Positions 28,559 to 37,028 of a stretch of DNA of 64,000 nucleotides are shown piece by piece (within the stretch, counting starts at the first letter, position 1; each line of letters begins with the position of its first letter). A program made the position numbers and the translations under genes. The notes beneath the pieces were generated by a model. The model saw only the letters and a list, made by a program, of their open reading frames with translations. It did not search any database and was not told the origin of the DNA. Origin of the DNA: an uncultured Saprospiraceae bacterium (GTDB lineage: Bacteria > Bacteroidota > Bacteroidia > Chitinophagales > Saprospiraceae); the NCBI GenBank assembly GCA_937941095.1, contig CALDYJ010000016.1:45843-109842 (forward strand), written 5' to 3'.

Positions 28559-31500
28559 TTACATTTTTACAAAGCGTTTTTGCTGTAATTTCCCCTCTTT
28601 ATCTTTCACAATTAAATGATAAACTCCCGGCTGTAAGTTTTCTAGATTTAAATTAATTATTTCTTTACTAGCTTTAGCTTGAACTTTTCGTTCGTATTTA
28701 AGGGATCCATTGATATCATAAATCATCATAGTAAGCTCAGCAGAACTTTTATTTTCAAGTAAGACGTTTAGGTCTGAATTAGTAGGATTAGGATACAGCC
28801 TGAGCAAACTCAAACCATCTGCATTAGATTGAAGAGAAATTGCAGATTGACTAGATACAAAATCATCCAATGCTAAACCAGTAGCAAGACAAGGTACTTC
28901 AATTAATAATTTCCTTCTAGTCCATTGTCCATCAAGACCCCAAGTTCCGTCCCAAAAATTCATGTACCCAAAATCATTTGAAGCGCTATTCCCTCCAGAA
29001 AAATTATTAAAACTATAAGACTGCCCATCGCTCCAAACAAAATCACCTTCTATGCTAGAATCATGGACGCCGATAAAAACTAAATCATTATCCAATTGAT
29101 TTAAAATAAATTGATTTTCACTCAGGTCATTTATTGTAGCGAGATTACCGCCATTTGCTGTAGCAAAAGTTTGCCCTTCTAACCAAGTATACTTTTCATT
29201 ACTGATAAAATATTTACTAAGACCTGAACTCTGCTCTCCTATGTAGGTAGCATTGGGAAAAGTTTCTTCACAGCCTGAAGTAGTGCTCAACACTGCAAAG
29301 GTTTCCGAAGCGACTAATACATTATTATTTTCATTGGATTCTTCTAATTGGTCGTCAGCATCAACTTTTAAAATAATGTAATAATCACCAGCTTGCAGAC
29401 TTTCTGGAATAGTCAATGCGCCTGTTACATCTGAAACTGTTTGGCCTGGGGCAAAAAAGCTGGTATTTATATTTCCGTCCTGGACATCATCTTCACTAAG
29501 ATTTTGGTCAACAGAGATGTAAGACTTAATGGTAAAAGCACCAGAAGCTAAATTGCCTTGGTTAGTTACATCGGTTTCAAAAAAGAGGACTTCACCTTGA
29601 TAAACTCCAGGTGTGTTATACGAAAAATTACTTAAGACCATATCAGGTTTTGGTGAATTATCAGGAGCATTAATTGTGATCCCGAAAGTGCAATTTTCTA
29701 CATTCCCACAATAATCAGTGGCTTCCACAGAAACTTCATATTCTCCTGGAACCAAATTTGATCCGCTAAATGGTCCAGTTAAGCTAAGTAAAAACCCTTC
29801 TTGATCGCAAGTAGTTGATCCATCGACCATGTATTCAACAAATCCTGAAGTTTCTCCTTCTGTTAGGTTGATGACAATATCTGATGGGCAGTTTAGATTA
29901 ATTCCAGATTGATTTTCATCACAAGGGACTTCGAGTATAAACTTTCTGGATGTCCAAGGACTGTCTAAGCCCCAAGCACCGTTCCAAAAGTTCATATAGC
30001 CATTATCTCCAGCATGAGTATTGGTCACTTCTAAATTATTATAAATGAGTGGTTCGCCCGAATCCCAGACCAAATCATCTTCTTGTCGCCGATCACTTAA
30101 TCCAATAATGACCAGTTCATTTCCTATTGCACTTCTCAAAAATTCATTTTCTTCTGCACTATTGATGGAAACTAGGTATCCTTCAGTATTCACAGCTACT
30201 TCAAGTTGAGCATCTTGCCAATTCATTTTTGCATTTGAAAGAAAATATTTACTGTTTCCAAATTCTCCTAGCACTTCATAACCCGCAACATCATCTGGAC
30301 ATTCTCCACCTTGATCTGGAGGCAAAACGGTAACTGTAAAGTTACAAGCGACACCATATCCACAAATAGCTAGAGGCCCGTCGGCATTCCAAGCATAATC
30401 TATTTGGTGGGTTCCAATAGGAATCAAGTCTCCGCTTTGATAAAATCCTTGATAGGTCAGACTTAAACCTTCACAATCAGTAGTATAGCTTGGCTCTTCC
30501 CAAGTAACAATTGCCCCTTGTTCATCTGCTGCTGTTACTGTAATATCTGCTGGACAAATTGCTTCTGAATTATGTTCTCTTGTTTTTAAAGTAACTACAA
30601 AAGAACAAGATGCTGAATTTCCACAAGCATCAGTTGCAGTTACATTTATTGGATAAGATCCAAATATCCCAGTTCCTCCACTACCAATTCCATCAATGTC
30701 AATATCGACAACACCAAGGGTGCAATCTGTCGTAGCATTTACATCGTATATGATCTGACCAGTAGTTTCTAAATAAGGTAAAAGGATTTCAAAGTCAGAT
30801 GGGCAATTGAGCACAATGCCATCTCCTGTTTCATTTTCACAAGTCATTTCGAGAATGTGTAATTTCCCAACATTACTTTCTATGAAAGACCAAGAACCAT
30901 CCCAAAAATTCATCATTCCATAATCTTTCGAAGCTGTATTCGCACCAAAATAATTAGTATAAGTTAAAGGAGAGCCATCGCTCCATTTAAGAGTTCCTTC
31001 TGTTTCAGAATCATTTATTCCAATTAAAACAAAATTGTTTTCAATTTTAGATCTTATGAACTCATTTTCCGCTGCACTGTTTACACTCAGCAATTCTCCT
31101 CCATTTTGTTTGCAAAGGTTATCTGCAGTAGTCCAATTTGAAAGAGCATTAGAAATAAAATAATTATTCCCTTCAAAAGATCCTAAGAATTCATAGCCTT
31201 CTAGATCTTCTTCGCACTCTCCTCCTCCATTATCGCATGGTGCACAAATACCTCCACAGTCTATACCTGTTTCGTTTTGATTTTGAATGCCATCGCTACA
31301 AGAAGCTTGGGTGCCATCTACAGGAGATCCACAAATGTAGATTTCACCAATACTAGCTCCGACATCTGATTTAGTAAAAGAAATATACCTAGTTTGCCAA
31401 TTTAAATCACTTAAAGCTTTCCATTGAACTGGCCATGCATTAACATTAAATGTTATTTCCTCATTACTTGCAACTGTAGGCAAAGTAGGTTTGATTTTAA

Positions 31501-33604
31501 AATTTCCTGCACCAAAGGTGTCGTAGTAATAGATATCGAAGATGTTATACTCTTTTCCTAAATCAAGGTAAACAACTTGATCAGCAACATAAGGAGTAGT
31601 CCAAGGAATTTCTACTCTCGCACCATTACCATAAGGAGGCTCTATAACCGTTTCCTGTTCGTCAAATAAACTCGCAGGCCCATTGTTTGCATTAGCATTA
31701 GTCCCATCTTCATTAAAAAGCATGTTTAGAGAAATAGGAATTTGACAAGTAGCTGGTTCTCCATTATAGTCTGCTAAAAGCAAAGGATTATCAAAATTAA
31801 TTCCAACATATGAATCATTGCCAATGTACAGGTATTGAAATTCTATTCTGATGACTTCCCCATCGTAATCACTTAAATCAACCTCAATTGCTTTATAACT
31901 ATCTATTGCATTTATAGCATTTCCCGTTGGAAAAGTGAGCAGTGATTCAGCTTCTTCTTTCCATACCACATCTCCTGACTGATTGCAAGCTTCAAAAACA
32001 ACAAGTTGTGCACTAAAATCATCAAAATTAGTTTCACTATAGTGACCAAAAGAATATTTAAAACTAAACCTTGCATTTGTATGCTCGCTAAGGTCAAATA
32101 AAGGTAATGCTAGGATATCAATCACCTCTTCATTGGTCACTCCATAAGCACGAGCACTCATCCAAACGTTCTCTCCATTTCTAACATCGTCCCATGAAGA
32201 AAAGCTCTGCCCCCCTTTTGCATAAGTATTGTACCCAGATGGTAGTAAATCAAAATCAAGATCGTAGTATGATTCAAAGTCTTCAAAATAATTAGGACTA
32301 ATTAATGTCAAATCATTATCAAAAACAAATTCCATTGCTAGCTCATCAAACTCAGGCAATTCATCGACTTGACCATTTGGAGAAAGTACTTCAATGTAAA
32401 TCTTTTGGATACCATTAGAAACTGTTATGGGATCTAATGTAAATGTTCCCGTCTCTCCATAAGCTAAATCACAATTAACTGTCATATTTTGAATCGGGCC
32501 ATTATCAATTCTATATTTAACCCCAAAAAATAAAAGTTGGTTTTGACCTTTATTTACTACTTCAATGATTGGGTAATAATTATCCTGACAAAAGGTCAAA
32601 TCAAATTCCTGAATCTCTTTTATTGCAACATTATTGCTTGGTAAATTTGATAAACAACCTAATGAGTTTAATAATTGTCTTCTTATGGGAGCAGCCAATA
32701 CATCATGCATTCTATTTTTTTGGCCTTCAGTGAATAAATCATAATCACCGCAATAAGACATAAAATTTAATTCAGAATTTTTGAAATTTGGATCATCATT
32801 ACATTCTGTTCCAAAGTTACAATCACTTCTTTTATGAGCTGGGGTATCACAAACTCTATCTCCTTCGTTTGCACAATCAACATCTGAAGGGCATCTTGTC
32901 CCGTCGCTATCCCCATTGAAGGTGTGAAACAGATACATATTATGTCCAACTTCATGAGCAAATACTCCAGAGTTTAGATTATAAATGGTCATGGTTGAGC
33001 CATCGTATTTGCCACCATTTGGATAAGTTGCATAGGCTCCAGCGCCATTAATTCTATGAACTACCCACACATTCAAATAATCTTCAACTGGCCAACGGCT
33101 AAGATCTTTGACGAGCACATCGTCAATGCCTGTTGAATTTCCCCACCTTACTCCTAATTCTGCGTAATCTGGAATATGTGAAGCATCTGTTCTAATGATA
33201 CCATTGGTTGGATTTCCTTGAGGGTCAAAAGTTGCTAAGCAAAATTCTATTTCAGTATCTACTGCTGAAGCATGACGATTTCCGGCAAAGTCGTAATTCA
33301 ACCTTTCAATTGCTTCTCTTATGTCATCGTCTGATAAGTAAGTATTTGATTCAGTATTTTCTCCTAAGTGTAAGATGTGTATGACCATAGGCAACACATA
33401 AGGTCCGGCTTGGCTCCGACTTCTGTTGTTAGACCTGTTCTTCGTGATTTCTTTAAGGGCATATTCATTCTTCAGATATCCTTCTTTATAGAGAGCATCC
33501 TTTTGCATACATTCTTGATGGTATGCATCAATGCCGCAATTTTGCGCTGATAGAATAGTAAATAATGAGAAAAATAGAATTACTACTAGTAATGACCTTA
33601 ACAT
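28559..33604 (-). CDS. Giant T9SS-secreted multidomain protein: M43-type zinc metalloprotease + 3 C-type-lectin-like modules + HYR-like + CARDB-like domains
   Basis: ATG at 33604 (MLRSLLVVILFFSLFTILSAQ). Protease motifs: HEVGHNMYLFHTF, GDRVCDTPA, NFMSY. Three lectin modules (~30840..31220, ~29920..30305, ~28885..29275) contain LIGINDSETEGTLKWSDGSP, IIGLSDRRQEDDLVWDSGEP and FIGVHDSSIEGDFVWSDGQS. HYR-like: ICPADITVTAADEQGAIVTWEEPSYTTDC. CARDB-like: VTNQGNLASGAFTIKSYIS. The tail is LYPNPTNSDLNV ... GVYHLIV ... KRFVKM. Confidence 0.8.
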   Translation of the reverse strand: MLRSLLVVILFFSLFTILSAQNCGIDAYHQECMQKDALYKEGYLKNEYALKEITKNRSNNRSRSQAGPYVLPMVIHILHLGENTESNTYLSDDDIREAIERLNYDFAGNRHASAVDTEIEFCLATFDPQGNPTNGIIRTDASHIPDYAELGVRWGNSTGIDDVLVKDLSRWPVEDYLNVWVVHRINGAGAYATYPNGGKYDGSTMTIYNLNSGVFAHEVGHNMYLFHTFNGDSDGTRCPSDVDCANEGDRVCDTPAHKRSDCNFGTECNDDPNFKNSELNFMSYCGDYDLFTEGQKNRMHDVLAAPIRRQLLNSLGCLSNLPSNNVAIKEIQEFDLTFCQDNYYPIIEVVNKGQNQLLFFGVKYRIDNGPIQNMTVNCDLAYGETGTFTLDPITVSNGIQKIYIEVLSPNGQVDELPEFDELAMEFVFDNDLTLISPNYFEDFESYYDLDFDLLPSGYNTYAKGGQSFSSWDDVRNGENVWMSARAYGVTNEEVIDILALPLFDLSEHTNARFSFKYSFGHYSETNFDDFSAQLVVFEACNQSGDVVWKEEAESLLTFPTGNAINAIDSYKAIEVDLSDYDGEVIRIEFQYLYIGNDSYVGINFDNPLLLADYNGEPATCQIPISLNMLFNEDGTNANANNGPASLFDEQETVIEPPYGNGARVEIPWTTPYVADQVVYLDLGKEYNIFDIYYYDTFGAGNFKIKPTLPTVASNEEITFNVNAWPVQWKALSDLNWQTRYISFTKSDVGASIGEIYICGSPVDGTQASCSDGIQNQNETGIDCGGICAPCDNGGGECEEDLEGYEFLGSFEGNNYFISNALSNWTTADNLCKQNGGELLSVNSAAENEFIRSKIENNFVLIGINDSETEGTLKWSDGSPLTYTNYFGANTASKDYGMMNFWDGSWSFIESNVGKLHILEMTCENETGDGIVLNCPSDFEILLPYLETTGQIIYDVNATTDCTLGVVDIDIDGIGSGGTGIFGSYPINVTATDACGNSASCSFVVTLKTREHNSEAICPADITVTAADEQGAIVTWEEPSYTTDCEGLSLTYQGFYQSGDLIPIGTHQIDYAWNADGPLAICGYGVACNFTVTVLPPDQGGECPDDVAGYEVLGEFGNSKYFLSNAKMNWQDAQLEVAVNTEGYLVSINSAEENEFLRSAIGNELVIIGLSDRRQEDDLVWDSGEPLIYNNLEVTNTHAGDNGYMNFWNGAWGLDSPWTSRKFILEVPCDENQSGINLNCPSDIVINLTEGETSGFVEYMVDGSTTCDQEGFLLSLTGPFSGSNLVPGEYEVSVEATDYCGNVENCTFGITINAPDNSPKPDMVLSNFSYNTPGVYQGEVLFFETDVTNQGNLASGAFTIKSYISVDQNLSEDDVQDGNINTSFFAPGQTVSDVTGALTIPESLQAGDYYIILKVDADDQLEESNENNNVLVASETFAVLSTTSGCEETFPNATYIGEQSSGLSKYFISNEKYTWLEGQTFATANGGNLATINDLSENQFILNQLDNDLVFIGVHDSSIEGDFVWSDGQSYSFNNFSGGNSASNDFGYMNFWDGTWGLDGQWTRRKLLIEVPCLATGLALDDFVSSQSAISLQSNADGLSLLRLYPNPTNSDLNVLLENKSSAELTMMIYDINGSLKYERKVQAKASKEIINLNLENLQPGVYHLIVKDKEGKLQQKRFVKM

Positions 33605-33735
33605 ATTAACAAATATTTTGGTGAACAAAACTAGATTGAGGAATGACAAAGGTAATAGAATCTAATTTAATAGTAAAGTATATGTACAAAAATAAATAAA
33701 ATCGTATTTTGTTAAATCTTCAATAGCGATCAAAA

Positions 33736-34317
33736 ATGAGCAAAACCATCTGGAACCCTTCTGTAATCATCGCATTTGTTGCTGTCTTAATAAGCAGTGC
33801 AACAGCACTAATCAGTTTAAAAGAATCCAAACTGATGCAAAAGCAACAATTGATTATGCAAGAGCAAAAAGAAGCTTCTGTATGGCCTTTTATTCAAGCC
33901 ATTTCCTATACGGAATACAATTTTGAAAAAGATTATGTTATTTACAAATACGAAGTAAATAACAAAGGAGTTGGGCCTGCTATATTAAATGATGTCATTT
34001 ATACTTATAATGATAAAGTTATGAGGAGTGGAGACTTAGCCAATGCCATCCAGGAATTCAAACCAGATTTTGATGTTACTCCTGTACAAAACATGAACAT
34101 AGACAACAAAGTCTTGGCGGAAGGCGAAGCTGTGAGTGTAGTCCAGGTAAGATTTAACAAACTCAATCAACAACAAGAAGAGCTAGTTGCCTTTATGCAT
34201 GACTTAGAATTCAATGCTTCATTTTGCTATTGTTCTGTTTATGGTAATTGTTGGAAAATTGAGGAAGGCAAAGTTCGAAAGGAAGCTACTTGTGAAATGA
34301 GAAAAGAAATCAGGTAA
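33736..34317 (+). CDS. Hypothetical membrane-anchored protein
   Basis: Single N-terminal TM (VIIAFVAVLISSATALISL) followed by a soluble domain with a C-terminal Cys cluster (FCYCSVYGNCW ... TCE). No family recognised. Confidence 0.45.
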   Translation: MSKTIWNPSVIIAFVAVLISSATALISLKESKLMQKQQLIMQEQKEASVWPFIQAISYTEYNFEKDYVIYKYEVNNKGVGPAILNDVIYTYNDKVMRSGDLANAIQEFKPDFDVTPVQNMNIDNKVLAEGEAVSVVQVRFNKLNQQQEELVAFMHDLEFNASFCYCSVYGNCWKIEEGKVRKEATCEMRKEIR

Positions 34318-34318
34318 G

Positions 34319-35254
34319 ATGAAATCAGGTAAAAAGAAGTCAGGTAAAAAGAAAATTGATTTTAAACATGTAAATATTCCTCAAGGAATTGCCCAAATCC
34401 CTTACGCTTTCAAGATTTTATTAGATACTCCATTATTTATTAAAAACCATAAACTTTGGAAAGGGTTTCTAGATCATACTTGGGTCTTGCTATTTTCCAT
34501 TTTTATAGCCATTCTTTTTACAAATATACTTTATGATGACTTGCATCATTATTTTTTTCCATCCGACAAGGAAGGAGCTATAGAAATTAACATCGATACC
34601 ACTGGTGAATCATCAGAGGATTTAGTTAAAAACATTGAAGAAGTGATAGAGGATGAAATGGAAGTTGACAACAATGAACTAGAAATTCTTGAACCAGACT
34701 TTTTAAACAAAGATGAAGTCTCAGAAGAAAAAAAACATAATTCAGTTTTTTCCGGAAGTTTAAAGTTTCTTCTTTTGATACTTTTAGAAATAATTATTTT
34801 CCATTTCTCTGTTAAAACGAATAACATCCTTAAGAAAGAAAATAAGTTGCTTGAGTTCAATGATTTTTATAAAGCAGAAATTAGGCTGATAAAGATCATG
34901 GGAAGAAACTGGTTATTAGGAATCTTAATGTATGTACTTGTTTCGGTTGTTTGTGGAATTACTGGTACAAAATATTTATCCGACACAATCATGTTTTGTA
35001 TTTATGGTTTTTATTTAGGTTTCGCTTTTTTAGATAATTATTTGGAGCAATTTAATTTTGACATTAATAAGAGTACGAAAACTATTCAAAAACATTTTGG
35101 AGCAGCAACTGTCATCGGAATATTTTCGAGCATAACTATGAACATCCCAATTATAGGGCCCTTGCTAGTTCCATTTATTTGTGGCATTGCAGCAACAAGG
35201 TATGGTCATGCTGCCAAAATGGAAGACTTTGTATTTGAAGAGACTGTTTCTTAA
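34319..35254 (+). CDS. Hypothetical polytopic membrane protein with Lys-rich N-terminus and acidic loop
   Basis: The ATG lies 1 nt after the upstream stop. MKSGKKKSGKKK, several TM helices, and an acidic segment EDLVKNIEEVIEDEMEVDNNELEILEPD. No family recognised. Confidence 0.45.
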   Translation: MKSGKKKSGKKKIDFKHVNIPQGIAQIPYAFKILLDTPLFIKNHKLWKGFLDHTWVLLFSIFIAILFTNILYDDLHHYFFPSDKEGAIEINIDTTGESSEDLVKNIEEVIEDEMEVDNNELEILEPDFLNKDEVSEEKKHNSVFSGSLKFLLLILLEIIIFHFSVKTNNILKKENKLLEFNDFYKAEIRLIKIMGRNWLLGILMYVLVSVVCGITGTKYLSDTIMFCIYGFYLGFAFLDNYLEQFNFDINKSTKTIQKHFGAATVIGIFSSITMNIPIIGPLLVPFICGIAATRYGHAAKMEDFVFEETVS

Positions 35255-35326
35255 TTGAAATTTCTGTTTTAATTCATTAAGTTCCCACCTAGTATATGGA
35301 TTTTGCATTTAATTAAAAATAATTCA

Positions 35327-36991
35327 ATGAAAAACAATTGCATCTTTATTTTCTTCCTTCTTTTTCAAAGTAGCCTCTTATGTCAAACGAGGACAGTTGG
35401 CACTATTATCAATGAAGAAGGAGCGCTTGATGGTTATACTTTTTTCTCCCCATTTTCAGGAACAAAAGCTTACATGGTTGATAATTGCGGCCAATTAGTC
35501 AATCAATGGGACCGAGGAACACTCCCAGGTTTAGCGGCCTATTTTTTAGAAAATGGATTGGTACTTAGAACCTTTAAACCTAATCCAATTGGTCCATTTA
35601 CATCGGCCAGTAATTCAGGAGGATTGGAACTTGTTGATTGGCAAAACAATGTTGTTTGGTCTTATGAATTGAATACTTCAACCCAACTATCTCATCATGA
35701 TGCCGTCATGATGCCAAATGGAAACATACTTATGTTGTCTTGGGAACTCGTTTTTGAAGACGAACTTATTCAATTAGGAAGAGATCCAAATGAGATTGCT
35801 CCGCAAGGTTTTGCTTGGAATGAAAAGATCATTGAAATAAAACCAATAGGTAATAAAGACATTGAAATTGTTTGGGAATGGAAAATAAAAGATCATTACA
35901 TTCAGGACTTAGACCCTAGTCAATCTAACTTTGGGGTAGTCTCAGAACATCCAGAATTATTCGATATAAATCTTCCGGAATTAAACAGTCCAAATTCACA
36001 TTCTGATTTAGACTACAATCACTTTAATGCTATTGATTATAATGAAGACTTAGACCAAATTTTAATTTCGGTAAGAAATTCAGATGAAATTTGGATCATA
36101 GATCACAGTACGAGTACTGCTGAAGCAGCCTCTCATGAAGGTGGCAGGTATGGAAAAGGTGGAGACATTTTATATAGATGGGGTAATGCGTCTGCTTATC
36201 AAAGAGCCAGTATAGCAGATGAAGTGCTCTTTGGTCAACATGGGGTCAACTGGATTGAAGAAGGTCCTCACAAAGGAAAAATATTAATTTACAATAATGG
36301 AAACGGAAGACCTGGTCCAGATTATTCAACTGTAGAAATTCTTGCCCCTATTCAAAATGAAGATGGTTCTTATCCAGTCCCGACTACGGAACCTTTTGGA
36401 CCAGAGGTGTCAGATTGGATTTATGGTGATCAAATAAACGAAAGGTTTTATTCTCCATATTTATCCAATGCTCAATTTTTGGGTAATGAAAATATTTTAA
36501 TCAATGCAGGTTCTCCTGGAAATATTTTTGAAGTAAATTTAAACAAAGAAATTGTTTGGCAATACATTATTCCATTGTTTGGTGACACGCCTGCAACCCA
36601 AGGAGGAAATGTCTCAAACAACGGCAATTTTAGAGCCTATAAATTTCCGAAAGATTTTTCAGGTTTTCAAGACATCGATATTATTCCTGGTGACCCCATA
36701 GAAAACGACAACAATCCTTTACAAGATTGTAACGAAGTCAATTCGATAGCTCAAATCAATCACACCACTTTTGACATTTCACAAAAAGAAGAATTAATTA
36801 GTATTCAATCGAATGAACAAAATTGGAATTTAGGTTTTTACACTATTCAAGGCTTGCCCATCCATTTACATTATTGCAAAACAAAAGATTATCAATTTTT
36901 ACATCATGTAAAAGTACCCGGAATTTATTTTCTTACTATTCAAACTCAATCAGGACAGAATTTTACAAAAAAATTATTTCTTCAACCTTAA
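35327..36991 (+). CDS. Arylsulfotransferase (ASST)-like beta-propeller protein with T9SS type A tail
   Basis: Signal peptide MKNNCIFIFFLLFQSSLLCQ at ATG 35327. LSHHDAVMMPNGNILML and DYNHFNAIDYNEDLDQILISVRNSDEIWIIDHS are typical of ASST-family propellers. The tail is GIYFLTIQTQSGQNFTKKLFLQP. Confidence 0.55.
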   Translation: MKNNCIFIFFLLFQSSLLCQTRTVGTIINEEGALDGYTFFSPFSGTKAYMVDNCGQLVNQWDRGTLPGLAAYFLENGLVLRTFKPNPIGPFTSASNSGGLELVDWQNNVVWSYELNTSTQLSHHDAVMMPNGNILMLSWELVFEDELIQLGRDPNEIAPQGFAWNEKIIEIKPIGNKDIEIVWEWKIKDHYIQDLDPSQSNFGVVSEHPELFDINLPELNSPNSHSDLDYNHFNAIDYNEDLDQILISVRNSDEIWIIDHSTSTAEAASHEGGRYGKGGDILYRWGNASAYQRASIADEVLFGQHGVNWIEEGPHKGKILIYNNGNGRPGPDYSTVEILAPIQNEDGSYPVPTTEPFGPEVSDWIYGDQINERFYSPYLSNAQFLGNENILINAGSPGNIFEVNLNKEIVWQYIIPLFGDTPATQGGNVSNNGNFRAYKFPKDFSGFQDIDIIPGDPIENDNNPLQDCNEVNSIAQINHTTFDISQKEELISIQSNEQNWNLGFYTIQGLPIHLHYCKTKDYQFLHHVKVPGIYFLTIQTQSGQNFTKKLFLQP

Positions 36992-37028
36992 ATCCTTAGC
37001 TTAGTAGCTCAATTAACATGAATATAAA

